A stretch of 53,925 nt of DNA, from IMG/VR virus record IMGVR_UViG_3300017971_007904. One strand, written 5' to 3'. Source of the stretch: a virus. Its lineage: Duplodnaviria; Heunggongvirae; Uroviricota; Caudoviricetes. The notes beneath the pieces are model-generated. The model was given only the letters and a program-made list of their open reading frames with translations. It did no database searches and was not told where the DNA came from. A program made the translations under genes and the position numbers. Shown here in pieces: positions 27,831 to 35,707 of this stretch (positions are counted from its first letter, which is position 1; each line of letters begins with the position of its first letter).

Positions 27831-28049
27831 ATGAGTATCAGACAGAACGCATTAGTGAGGTTTGACTTTTCGGATTTGCCTGTGAAGTATCACAAGGAGT
27901 ATCCGTTTGCCGAGCATGATCGGTTTGTCTACCTCGGCGACATCGTTCAAATGCCTGGACATTGTGTAGTGGTCAGGCTGAGAGATGATAAGGTTTTCAC
28001 CTGTTACCACACAGACAATTTTGTGGAACTAACTGAAGAGGAGATTTAG
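27831..28049 (+). CDS. Hypothetical protein
   Basis: GGAGG SD. Confidence 0.65.
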   Translation: MSIRQNALVRFDFSDLPVKYHKEYPFAEHDRFVYLGDIVQMPGHCVVVRLRDDKVFTCYHTDNFVELTEEEI

Positions 28050-28055
28050 AGATAA

Positions 28056-28126
28056 GCGGGTATAGCTCAATGGTAGAGTCACTGGCTTCCAACCAGTACA
28101 CCGGAGTTCGATTCTCCGTACCCGCT
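28056..28126 (+). tRNA. tRNA-Gly(UCC)
   Basis: Cloverleaf. Confidence 0.93.
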
Positions 28127-28129
28127 CTT

Positions 28130-28236
28130 GAAGACGAATGCCCAGAGGAATTACATTGATTACCAAGATCGCCGGGCCAATCATCCCGGCAGCCGGGTCA
28201 AACCGGCATGAAGTTTCTCGCACATTTGTCGTCTTC
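28130..28236 (+). ncRNA. Aberrant tRNA-like multi-hairpin RNA
   Basis: Closing stem gaagacga/tcgtcttc; shared AATGC..GGAATTACATT hairpin; ccggg/cccgg and ccgg/ccgg hairpins. Confidence 0.45.
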
Positions 28237-28241
28237 AAAAC

Positions 28242-28327
28242 CGGAGTGTAGCTCAGTCTGGTTAGAGCGCCAGTTTTGGGAACTGGAGGCCGAATGGTAC
28301 ACGCAGGTTCAAATCCTGCCACTCCGA
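28242..28327 (+). tRNA. tRNA-Pro(UGG) with 16-nt variable region
   Basis: Cloverleaf; variable region aggccgaatggtacac. Confidence 0.85.
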
Positions 28328-28370
28328 CTTTTTTGGGGTCAGAAATTTGATTCCCAAACTCTCGTATGGT

Positions 28371-28796
28371 ATGAGAGAATTACAAAGAACATGCCGCTAT
28401 TGCGGTCAAACAAAACCGATTGACGACTTTGAAGTCGCTAGAGTAGTAAAGGAAAAACAATACCGTCGTTGGAGATGTTCCAGGTGCTACCTGGATTGCA
28501 AGAATGAAAGACGACGTAAGATAAACGAATGGTTCTGCGAATACAAGAAGACCCTTCGTTGCCAGAATAGGAAGTGCGGAAATCGAGATCATAGAGTCTT
28601 AGAGTTTCACCACGCCGACCAGAACAAAGAGGCGAATATAGCTGACGTTGTTTGGGGTCGTTGGGGAAAGGATCGGATACTTAGAGAAATTGGTAAGTGT
28701 AAAGTCTTATGTGCAAACTGCCATAGGATCGAACATTATGAAGAACGACACCGAAGCCAGGAGGATACGGTCACTGTCTGCAAAACAGTTGTTTGA
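28371..28796 (+). CDS. HNH endonuclease
   Basis: CRYC/CSRC zinc finger; LEFHH...CKVLCANCHRIEH. Confidence 0.85.
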   Translation: MRELQRTCRYCGQTKPIDDFEVARVVKEKQYRRWRCSRCYLDCKNERRRKINEWFCEYKKTLRCQNRKCGNRDHRVLEFHHADQNKEANIADVVWGRWGKDRILREIGKCKVLCANCHRIEHYEERHRSQEDTVTVCKTVV

Positions 28797-28819
28797 GGGT
28801 TCGACTCCCTCCGGTGTCT
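28747..28819 (+). tRNA. tRNA-Cys(GCA)
   Basis: Cloverleaf, U73; overlaps last 50 nt of HNH ORF. Confidence 0.88.
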
Positions 28820-28882
28820 CTCGAAAGGAAAATATCATGAGGTACGATAGCATCAAGTTGAAACGCAGCGCCCAAATTTGAT

Positions 28883-28955
28883 GGGGTTGTGATGTACATT
28901 GGTCGCATAGCTGGCTTTTACCCAGCCTGACAGAGTTCGATTCTCTGCGGCCCTA
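28883..28955 (+). tRNA. tRNA-Lys(UUU), divergent copy
   Basis: Cloverleaf with G-U-rich acceptor; loop CU-UUU-AC. Confidence 0.7.
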
Positions 28956-28961
28956 CTTGAC

Positions 28962-29033
28962 GCCTTCGTAGCTCAGAGGTAGAGCAGCGGCCTTTTAAGC
29001 CGCAGGTCGTGGTCTCGAACACCACCGGAGGCA
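28962..29033 (+). tRNA. tRNA-Lys(UUU)
   Basis: Cloverleaf; T-loop CUCGAAC. Confidence 0.88.
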
Positions 29034-29059
29034 CTTTAGAGAGGAGAAACAAAACATAA

Positions 29060-29133
29060 GCCTTCGTAGCTCAGCTAGGCAGAGCATCTGGCTCTTAACC
29101 AGAAGTGCGTTGGTTCGATTCCAACCGGAGGCA
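29060..29133 (+). tRNA. tRNA-Lys(CUU)
   Basis: Cloverleaf. Confidence 0.93.
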
Positions 29134-29155
29134 CTAAATAACAGTAGGAGGTTAC

Positions 29156-29341
29156 ATGTCAGAAAATCCAACCTGCTGTTTTAATCCGTGTGAAAACCCC
29201 GGAGCTTTGGAATACCAGAAATGTTTCAAGGAAGAGAATAACAACGGCTGCGGTTGCAGTTGTGATGATGGATCAGGATGCGAACCAGAGGAGAACATAA
29301 GAGTCGTTAGAAACAGGTGGACAAGAGAGGACTTCGTCTAA
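29156..29341 (+). CDS. Small Cys-rich hypothetical protein
   Basis: AGGAGGT SD. Confidence 0.6.
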   Translation: MSENPTCCFNPCENPGALEYQKCFKEENNNGCGCSCDDGSGCEPEENIRVVRNRWTREDFV

Positions 29342-29565
29342 TGACATTACAACGATGTCAGAGACCTCCAACAGGCGGTTGTCCTCGTGGTTGTTGCCAC
29401 TGGAATCCAAACGATCCGAATGCTCCTGAGTATAACAAGGCGTACAAGATAGAGAATAACAGTCAGCTTGCATATGGAACGAACATTGATGTCGCACGAT
29501 GTGCATTGCCGACAAGAGAACCGAGGGTAGTACGGAGTAACAAAACAAGACAAGACTATATTTGA
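29341..29565 (+). CDS. Small Cys-rich hypothetical protein
   Basis: TAATG overlap with previous gene. Confidence 0.5.
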   Translation: MTLQRCQRPPTGGCPRGCCHWNPNDPNAPEYNKAYKIENNSQLAYGTNIDVARCALPTREPRVVRSNKTRQDYI

Positions 29566-29639
29566 CGTGGGGTGGAGCAGTCTGGTAGCTCGCAGGGCTC
29601 ATAACCCTGAGGTCGGAGGTTCAAATCCTCTCCCCACCA
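29566..29639 (+). tRNA. Initiator tRNA-fMet(CAU)
   Basis: 1:72 mismatch; three G-C pairs in anticodon stem. Confidence 0.92.
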
Positions 29640-29640
29640 C

Positions 29641-29713
29641 GCTAGTGTAGCTCAACAGGTAGAGCGCCACACTTGTAATGTGGATGTTGGGGGTTCGATT
29701 CCTCTCACTAGCT
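29641..29713 (+). tRNA. tRNA-Thr(UGU)
   Basis: Cloverleaf. Confidence 0.93.
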
Positions 29714-29797
29714 CTTGATCTTCGGATCAACGCAGGGATCGCTCAGCGATGCTGCGCCCGTGCAAAGACCTTGGGTGGGAAGGCCGGGAAGAAGAAT

Positions 29798-29812
29798 GTT
29801 ATTTGACAATTT
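29798..29812 (+). promoter_or_regulatory. Second boxA-like element
   Basis: gttatttgacaattt, preceded by hairpins at 29715-29760. Confidence 0.5.
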
Positions 29813-29823
29813 GGTAAGCCCTT

Positions 29824-29895
29824 GCGGACGTAGCTCAATGGCAGAGCGCAACGTTGCCAACGTTGAGGTTGTGGGTTCAACTCCCATCGTCCGCT
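29824..29895 (+). tRNA. tRNA-Gly(GCC)
   Basis: Cloverleaf. Confidence 0.95.
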
Positions 29896-29899
29896 CTCT

Positions 29900-29970
29900 G
29901 CGCCCATGGTGTAGCGGTAACACATGACCTTCCCAAGGTTAGGTCACGAGTTCGAGCCTCGTTGGGCGCT
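29900..29970 (+). tRNA. tRNA-Gly(CCC)
   Basis: Cloverleaf. Confidence 0.9.
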
Positions 29971-29975
29971 CTTAT

Positions 29976-30048
29976 GGCCCTATGGACTAACGGTCAGGTC
30001 GTCAGCCTTTCAAGCTGGAGGAGGCGGGTTCGATTCCCCCTAGGGTCA
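29976..30048 (+). tRNA. tRNA-Glu(UUC)
   Basis: Cloverleaf. Confidence 0.9.
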
Positions 30049-30060
30049 CTATATTAAGGC

Positions 30061-30690
30061 ATGAAAGTTCTCTTCTGTGTCTACACTTGTAAGGAAGATG
30101 CAGGGCACCTCCAAGCCTTCAAACGGTCGCCATTGTACAAATGGGTTTCCGATAATGAGGCTTTCGAGGTCATTGAAGTTTATGCCGATGGTTCACTCAA
30201 GGAGCCGACTTTCGAGAATGGCATCCTGACTTTGGCGTGCGACGAAGCGTATCCGAAGTTGAGTGTCAAGACATATGAAATGGTCAGATACTGTCTGAAG
30301 CATTTTGACTTCGACTTTTTGGTCAAGTGCGATTGTACGGTCTTGAATGTTTTTGGCGTCAACAAGCTGTTGAAATTTGTTCGGTCCAAGAAGTCGTACT
30401 TGTACCACTACAATGGTGTCGCCTCATCCAAGCTGACAGAAAGGGTAATGCGAAACTGGAGGAAGAAAAAGGGGTTGGAGGAACAGATTCCTCGAAGCTT
30501 CAAAGTGATGTACCCCGGTCATTCTTCTTTTTCGTTTTACGCTGGTAAGCTTTACATAGTCAGCAGACCGTTTTGCCGTTATATCGCACGTTACGGAAAG
30601 AGGTTGGCGAATAAGTACGTGAAGTACCATCATGGTACTGAAGATCAAATGGTTGGACTGCTTTATCAGCGGTTCACTTTGGCTGGGTAG
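30061..30690 (+). CDS. Glycosyltransferase (GT31/galactosyltransferase-like)
   Basis: FDFLVKCDC DxD-like motif; FYAGKLYIVS; EDQMVG. Confidence 0.7.
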   Translation: MKVLFCVYTCKEDAGHLQAFKRSPLYKWVSDNEAFEVIEVYADGSLKEPTFENGILTLACDEAYPKLSVKTYEMVRYCLKHFDFDFLVKCDCTVLNVFGVNKLLKFVRSKKSYLYHYNGVASSKLTERVMRNWRKKKGLEEQIPRSFKVMYPGHSSFSFYAGKLYIVSRPFCRYIARYGKRLANKYVKYHHGTEDQMVGLLYQRFTLAG

Positions 30691-30754
30691 CTCAGTCCAG
30701 TAGAGCGTTTGGTTGTTAACCAAATTGTCGTGGGAGCGAAGCCCACCCCAGCCT
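30681..30754 (+). tRNA. tRNA-Asn(GUU) with atypical T-loop AGCGAAG
   Basis: Full cloverleaf except for the T-loop. Confidence 0.75.
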
Positions 30755-30764
30755 CTTGAAACAA

Positions 30765-30829
30765 GACTGAGTAAATTGTTGGGACTGGGTTTGATCCCCA
30801 CCCCGTAGGTTCAATTCCTGCCTCAGTCA
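30765..30829 (+). pseudogene. Degenerate tRNA-like element without a D-stem (nominal anticodon UGA)
   Basis: Acceptor gactgag/ctcagtc and T-arm intact; 65 nt. Confidence 0.5.
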
Positions 30830-30835
30830 CTTTAT

Positions 30836-30909
30836 TCCGATGGGTCCATACTGGTAATGGAGCACGGCTGTTAACCGTGTTGTTGGAGGTTCGAGTCCTC
30901 CTGTCGGAG
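30836..30909 (+). tRNA. tRNA-Asn(GUU)
   Basis: Cloverleaf, U1-A72, G73. Confidence 0.92.
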
Positions 30910-30912
30910 CTT

Positions 30913-30986
30913 AGGGTGGATGCCCAGTGGAATTACATTTGACTGTTAATCAAAACCGATAGTTTCACGAATAGTTTGTCACCCTA
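30913..30986 (+). pseudogene. Aberrant tRNA-Asn(GUU)-like element
   Basis: Acceptor and anticodon arm present; D-arm replaced by shared ATGC..GGAATTACAT hairpin; T-arm degenerate. Confidence 0.5.
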
Positions 30987-30991
30987 AAAAC

Positions 30992-31064
30992 GGCCCTGTC
31001 GTCTAATGGCTTAGGACGCCAGCCTCTCACGCTGGAAATCGGAGTTCAATTCTCCGTGGGGTCA
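30992..31064 (+). tRNA. tRNA-Glu(CUC)
   Basis: Cloverleaf. Confidence 0.9.
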
Positions 31065-31065
31065 C

Positions 31066-31881
31066 TTGGCAGTATGATGTCGTCAGGACAGTGCATGGCA
31101 ACATGCATAAAGGAAGGTGTGGCAGCCTTTCGCCCGCTTGCGGGTCCATTCATACAAGCTGACCTTCCTCGGCTTCCTGAAACGGGAGCTAACTGGAACG
31201 TCGCCGGAACAGTCTTCTACTGGCCAACGGTGGGTAGAAGATTTCCAGGGGTAGCGCCCTGGATTACCACGCTAAGACATACCAGCGAGAAGGAACAGTA
31301 GTTGTTCGGTGTAAGGAGTTGCGCCCGAGTGCTGAACTTCAATTTGATAGGAATCGGTAATCCCTTCGCAGGGATTGACGATTGCTTGAAAAATGGGATT
31401 ACAAGGTAGCCAAACCTTGGTCCAGAACGGTGTGTGGCATTTCGCTCCTCAAAAGGGATCGAAACCACAGAGCCAGCACATCGTCGCCAAATGTTGTTAG
31501 CTCAATGGTAGAGCTATCGTCTCTCAAACGATAGGTTATCGGTTCAATCCCGGTACAACACCCAAGCAACAGTCTGGTTCTGCGTTTGATGAAAGCGGCT
31601 TAAATCGGTGACCTTCGGGTAACACCGGCATCCAAAGCTCGCAAGGCCGAGGATGTTAATCACCAAGAGCGACTAGGGGTTTAGCGACCTCGCACTGCTC
31701 GCAAGGCAGGGTTAATCGAAGTGATTGAGTAGTCAAACGGTAAGAAGGAAATGCCACCTTCTAAAACAAGGCAGTCGTGAGTGGATACGCTCGTGGAGCG
31801 TGGATAGGCTCTTAACGGCCCATGCAAAAAGGCCGGTACGGGAGTCAAAGATCACTCAGAGTATGGTGTAATCTCAGCCCA
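31066..31881 (+). ncRNA. GOLLD-like giant ncRNA (~815 nt)
   Basis: Dense hairpins (tgcatg/catgca, tcttctac/gtagaaga, aatccct/agggatt, ggtgtgtggc/gccagcacatc); CTCAAAAGG, GAGTAG, GTGGATA and terminal TGTAATCTCAGCC blocks match my recollection of GOLLD; size and tRNA-array context fit. Confidence 0.7.
31491..31564 (+). tRNA. tRNA (anticodon CUC) embedded in the GOLLD-like RNA
   Basis: tgttgt/acaaca acceptor; gctc/gagc D-stem; atcgt-CU-CUC-AA-acgat; T-arm atcgg-ttcaatc-ccggt. Confidence 0.75.
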
Positions 31882-31899
31882 CTCTTATCTAAATATGAC

Positions 31900-32526
31900 A
31901 TGGCACTTCTACTTCCACATAGCTTAATGATACACGTCCCCAAAACTGGTGGAAGTTGGTGCCGAATGGCGTTGCGAGTCGCCAAGATCAAGCACAGGGA
32001 ATTGCATACCCACAAAGGCGCAGGTTGTCGCCATGAAGGTATCAAGTCTGTTTTGAAGAATGCTCGCAATCGTTTTACCTTTGGCTTCGTAAGGAATCCG
32101 CTGACATGGCTGCAAAGTCGGTGGGCCTACACAATGCGAAGTACAGACGGTAATGGTGGCGGGACTCCTCGTTGGTCAACAGACTTCAACGAATGGGTGG
32201 AGGGCATCACGACCCACCACCCCAACTATGTTTTCCAGGCGATCTTGCATCGTCTTGGGTACGAGAAAATCGATGGCCAGTGGCAGCCCGGTCATCACGC
32301 TGTAGATTTCGTAGGGCGAACAGAGCACCTTGTAAATGATTTCGTCAAAGCGCTGAAGAAGGCGAATGAGAAGTTTGACGAAAGGGCAATAAGACATGTT
32401 GCACCACAAAAGGTTTGCTCTCGTGGCGATTACTGGCAGAAGAAAGTCCAGTATCGCCCGCACCTACGTGACCTCGTCATCGAGGTCAACCGCCCGATCT
32501 TCGATTTGTTCGGGTATGAGTCTTAA
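31900..32526 (+). CDS. Sulfotransferase family protein
   Basis: MIHVPKTGGSW; VRNPLTWLQSRW; GRTEHL; start 4 nt after TAAATA. Confidence 0.85.
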   Translation: MALLLPHSLMIHVPKTGGSWCRMALRVAKIKHRELHTHKGAGCRHEGIKSVLKNARNRFTFGFVRNPLTWLQSRWAYTMRSTDGNGGGTPRWSTDFNEWVEGITTHHPNYVFQAILHRLGYEKIDGQWQPGHHAVDFVGRTEHLVNDFVKALKKANEKFDERAIRHVAPQKVCSRGDYWQKKVQYRPHLRDLVIEVNRPIFDLFGYES

Positions 32527-32566
32527 AATACGGCTCGAACCACTCCTTTATAGAAAAGGAGATAGT

Positions 32567-32902
32567 ATGCCGTACAAAGACCCAGCTAAGCAAAAGGCTG
32601 CACAAGCTTCGCACTATCAACAAAACAAAGATCGCTTCAAGCAACGTGCAAGGGATCGTATAGAACGAAATCGTCGATTTGTGCGTGAATACAAGGAAGG
32701 GTGTAGTTGTGAAGTGTGTGGTGAAGACCGGTGGCAAGTGTTAGACTTTCATCACAAAGATGAGGGTACCAAGTACAAAGGGGTGGCAAATCTCGTTTGT
32801 AATCGTTCATCTATCAAAAAGATCAAAGCGGAGATTGCCAAATGTATGGTGGTCTGTGCTAATTGCCATCGTATGATCCATGAGGGAAATACGTGGTCAT
32901 AA
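32567..32902 (+). CDS. HNH endonuclease
   Basis: CEVCG...LDFHH...CMVVCANCHRMIH; AAGGAG SD. Confidence 0.85.
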   Translation: MPYKDPAKQKAAQASHYQQNKDRFKQRARDRIERNRRFVREYKEGCSCEVCGEDRWQVLDFHHKDEGTKYKGVANLVCNRSSIKKIKAEIAKCMVVCANCHRMIHEGNTWS

Positions 32903-32904
32903 CC

Positions 32905-32979
32905 GCTCCAGTGGTGTAATTGGTTAACACACCTGCCTGTCACGCAGGAGACGTGCCGGTTCAAGTCCGGTCTGGGGCG
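32905..32979 (+). tRNA. tRNA-Asp(GUC)
   Basis: Cloverleaf. Confidence 0.88.
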
Positions 32980-33024
32980 CTAGGAGGGGCTGCGGCCTCC
33001 CATGACAAAAACACGCAGAGCGAT

Positions 33025-33095
33025 GGCCTCTTCGTCTAATGGTAAGACACCAGACTGTCGATCTGGCAACAGGAGTTCGATTCTCCTAGGGGTCG
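33025..33095 (+). tRNA. tRNA-Asp(GUC), second copy
   Basis: Cloverleaf. Confidence 0.9.
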
Positions 33096-33099
33096 TTTC

Positions 33100-33197
33100 G
33101 TCGGTGACCTTCATAATAAAGAAGGCATTGGAGAGTCTGTAACGGGTTCGATACCCGGCCAAGGAGGCAGCAATCTCCTTGAGCAAGCCGAACCGAC
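33100..33197 (+). ncRNA. Permuted tRNA-like RNA (Y RNA/YrlA candidate)
   Basis: gtcggt/accgac closing stem; T-arm cggg-ttcgata-cccg followed by a loop-closed 7-bp stem caaggag/ctccttg. Confidence 0.35.
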
Positions 33198-33200
33198 TTT

Positions 33201-33272
33201 TGGCTGATAGTGTAATTGGAAGCACGACTGACTTTGAATCAGTTAGTGGAGGTTCAAGTCCTCCTTGGCCAG
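33201..33272 (+). tRNA. tRNA-Gln(UUG)
   Basis: Cloverleaf, U1-A72. Confidence 0.93.
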
Positions 33273-33295
33273 CTTGCTGTTCGTTCAATAACCAA

Positions 33296-33365
33296 AGGGG
33301 TGGTACCCTAGGTAGGACGCCGCTGTGATGGCGGAAATATGGGTGTCACCAAATCCCGTACAGCA
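33296..33365 (+). pseudogene. Degenerate tRNA-like element
   Basis: Residual anticodon-like (cgccg/tggcg) and T-like (atggg/cccgt) arms. Confidence 0.25.
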
Positions 33366-33370
33366 AATAC

Positions 33371-33448
33371 AGGGGGGATGTTGCTGGGACAACAGGCGGT
33401 CTCCAAAGCCGCTGCTTTCGCTGTGGGGTTCGATTCCTCTCCTCCCTG
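33371..33448 (+). tRNA. tRNA-Trp(CCA) with 11-nt variable region
   Basis: Cloverleaf; variable region tgctttcgctg. Confidence 0.82.
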
Positions 33449-33477
33449 CTTTTTCTTCGATGTGCGGTAAATAGAGC

Positions 33478-34053
33478 ATGGGACTCCTGCCTGAAACCGC
33501 CGCTTTTGAGAAACATATTTTCAAGCGTCTGGGTATTCGTTTGATGGGTCTTCGGATGTGCGAACTGGGCAATCAGATGCTTATGGGATCGATGGGGCGA
33601 GGCGCAGCCAAGTTTCGGTATTGCTCCCATGGTGCGATCCACGTCTCTATCGATTGGAATGGCAAATCAGGAGCCATTCCCTTTGATCTCCAGAAACCTC
33701 TTCCTCGTATTTTCCATAGATGGTTTCAAGTTGTGACGGACTATGGAACTTTGGAACATGTGCAGACCCAGTATCCGGCTTGGAAGAACGTCCACCAACT
33801 ATGTGCTTATGGTGGAATCATGATTCATGTTCTACCCTTAATAGGTCGCTGGCATGGTCATGGTCTGCATCACTTTTCACAGGAGATAATGGACAAAATA
33901 GGGAAGGCGTGCTCATACCAGATTATTGAGAATACGATAATCCCTTCCTCGAAGGTCAAGCCTCAAGTGGCAACTGTCTATCGAAAAACTCGAAAGAGCA
34001 CTTTTCCGTCGAAGGAAATCTTTGACAAGATAGAGATTCCCCCGGCGACGTAA
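33478..34053 (+). CDS. Class I SAM-dependent methyltransferase
   Basis: MCELGNQ; SIDWNG; VVTDYGTLEHV; GGIMIHVLP. Confidence 0.75.
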   Translation: MGLLPETAAFEKHIFKRLGIRLMGLRMCELGNQMLMGSMGRGAAKFRYCSHGAIHVSIDWNGKSGAIPFDLQKPLPRIFHRWFQVVTDYGTLEHVQTQYPAWKNVHQLCAYGGIMIHVLPLIGRWHGHGLHHFSQEIMDKIGKACSYQIIENTIIPSSKVKPQVATVYRKTRKSTFPSKEIFDKIEIPPAT

Positions 34054-34125
34054 CTCCTCATAGTTCAACGGATAGAATACGACCCTCCGAAGGTCATGAT
34101 GTTGGTTCGATTCCAACTGAGGAGA
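34054..34125 (+). tRNA. tRNA-Arg(CCG)
   Basis: Cloverleaf. Confidence 0.9.
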
Positions 34126-34137
34126 CTAGATACCCAC

Positions 34138-34644
34138 ATGAGATTCAGATTGTGGGTAGAAACGATTGTTCACGAAGACGAACATGTAAGGATTCGGGAC
34201 GCTGAAGCTTCCGATATTCCCGAACTCTTCACGCACAAGACTGAAGACGTTGAGGACATCCTCGCTATCCAACAGCAGGGATTCAACCTTAGGAAGTTCG
34301 GCCAGACATCGAGAAGGTTCCGCAGCCCCGCCTATCTTACAGAATACGACCCAAAGGGCGTTTATGCTACGGCTGGTGGTGGGGAAAGTTTAAGCCCGTA
34401 TGATAAACGACCTTATGTGGTCTTCAGAGCAGACATCAACAAAGCTCTGGTTCTGGAAGAGAAGACACATCAAGAGAATCCTAAGCAAGTTCTGTCTGAG
34501 TTGTACGGCGGCAAGACCGGCGCACAACTGAGAAACGCCTTGATGAAGGACGGTTACCAAGCTGTTCTTCGCCCCGGCAGTGAACAAATCATTCTTGACC
34601 CATCGATTATCACAATCGTATCAGTGGGTAACACATCCTCGTAG
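34138..34644 (+). CDS. Capsid-targeted protein, possible ADP-ribosyltransferase-like fold
   Basis: MRFRLWVE; GVYAT...GYQAV...EQIILDP pattern; start 5 nt after TAGATA. Confidence 0.6.
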   Translation: MRFRLWVETIVHEDEHVRIRDAEASDIPELFTHKTEDVEDILAIQQQGFNLRKFGQTSRRFRSPAYLTEYDPKGVYATAGGGESLSPYDKRPYVVFRADINKALVLEEKTHQENPKQVLSELYGGKTGAQLRNALMKDGYQAVLRPGSEQIILDPSIITIVSVGNTSS

Positions 34645-34707
34645 CTCAGCGGATAGAGCACTAGTTTGCGGAACTAGTTGTCGCTGGTTCGATTCCAGCC
34701 GGGGATG
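34635..34707 (+). tRNA. tRNA-Arg(GCG)
   Basis: Cloverleaf; rare anticodon. Confidence 0.9.
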
Positions 34708-34712
34708 CTTAC

Positions 34713-34785
34713 GCTCCCGTAGCTCAATGGACAGAGCAGCACGCTTCTAACGTGACGGTTGTGGGTTCAAATCCTACCGGGAGTG
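34713..34785 (+). tRNA. tRNA-Arg(UCU)
   Basis: Cloverleaf. Confidence 0.93.
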
Positions 34786-34787
34786 CT

Positions 34788-34916
34788 TGCGGGGTAGTGT
34801 AATGGCTAGCACGCTTTACGTGTTTCACGCCCTTATTGTCTCTTATCAGAGAATGCTCAGTGGAATTACATTGGTATTCGGAACCAGTAGAGCAGGTTCG
34901 ATTCCTGCCCCCGCAA
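34788..34916 (+). ncRNA. tRNA(UCG)-like gene with a 57-nt insertion between D-arm and anticodon arm
   Basis: tgcgggg/ccccgca acceptor; gtgt/gcac D-stem; insertion 34814-34870; ttggt-AU-UCG-GA-accag; T-arm intact. Confidence 0.6.
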
Positions 34917-34922
34917 CTTTTT

Positions 34923-34995
34923 GCCCCGTTAGCTCAATGGATAGAGCGCCAGTCTTCGGAACTGGATGTTGGGAGTTCAAGTCTCTCACGGGGTG
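34923..34995 (+). tRNA. tRNA-Arg(UCG)
   Basis: Cloverleaf. Confidence 0.93.
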
Positions 34996-34999
34996 CTTT

Positions 35000-35072
35000 G
35001 GGACATTGGTGTAACGGTGAAGCACACGACCCTTATAAGGCCGAAGACAAGGTTCGATTCCTTGATGTCCTA
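35000..35072 (+). tRNA. tRNA-Ile(UAU)
   Basis: Cloverleaf with one anticodon-stem mismatch; rare anticodon. Confidence 0.8.
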
Positions 35073-35669
35073 CTTGAGTTCGCACGAGAACCCGAACTGT
35101 TTGATGAGCTTAGCGTATCGCTTTGCGACAAAGTCCCGAGTTCTCCGGTTGTAGTACTGGGTGAAGTGCTTGTGGCGTGAAGTGTTGCATCTCGGCAACT
35201 CTGTTGTATCGATACCCAGCTTCTCGCAGACCGTATCAAAATCTTCTTGCAGTTGGTCAAATTGGATGAAGTAGTCCATTCGTTGTTGGCCATCTATCTC
35301 GAAGAAGCGTTGGTATTTGGCATCTGTGAACCAAAGGTTGGATAGGATGTATTCCGAGAAGGTATGAGTTCGGCAGAACTTGTTTAGGCACCACCAGTAT
35401 GGGTTTCGTCTCCACTGCCGGATACTACCTTTGTATTGCCTGTTGAAGAAGTAGGCAGACACTTCTACATCCCAAGGGTTTCTGATAACGGTGAACTTGA
35501 AGTAGTCGTCAATGATCTCTGGGCCATACTTCGCTAGATACTCATAAAGGCGACCATGGTGTCCGTGTCGCACGGTTGACGTGTTCTCATTACCGAGTGC
35601 GTGTTGAATCGAAGTACCACCAGTCTTTGGAATGTGAATGAATATGAATTTGTGATTGTGGCAGATCAT
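35070..35669 (-). CDS. Sulfotransferase family 2 protein
   Basis: FIFIHIPKTGGTSI; IRNPWDVEVSAY; FDQLQEDF. Confidence 0.9.
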   Translation of the reverse strand: MICHNHKFIFIHIPKTGGTSIQHALGNENTSTVRHGHHGRLYEYLAKYGPEIIDDYFKFTVIRNPWDVEVSAYFFNRQYKGSIRQWRRNPYWWCLNKFCRTHTFSEYILSNLWFTDAKYQRFFEIDGQQRMDYFIQFDQLQEDFDTVCEKLGIDTTELPRCNTSRHKHFTQYYNRRTRDFVAKRYAKLIKQFGFSCELK

Positions 35670-35673
35670 TTTC

Positions 35674-35701
35674 TAAAGTTTCGATAATTCAATGTCGATA
35701 C
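35674..35701 (+). promoter_or_regulatory. Sigma-28-like promoter candidate
   Basis: TAAAGTTT-N12-GTCGATAC, a few nt upstream of ATG 35708. Confidence 0.6.
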
Positions 35702-35707
35702 ATAAGT

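Noticed and set aside
31491-31564. Reading the GOLLD-embedded tRNA as a UCA (opal) suppressor
   Set aside because: The only 5-bp stem register (atcgt/acgat) gives loop CU-CUC-AA; the UCA register breaks the stem
31056-31899. ORFs 31056-31301, 31217-31468(-) and the 31822 extension of the sulfotransferase
   Set aside because: They lie in the structured ncRNA, lack SD and protein-like character; the sulfotransferase start fits ATG 31900 after TAAATA
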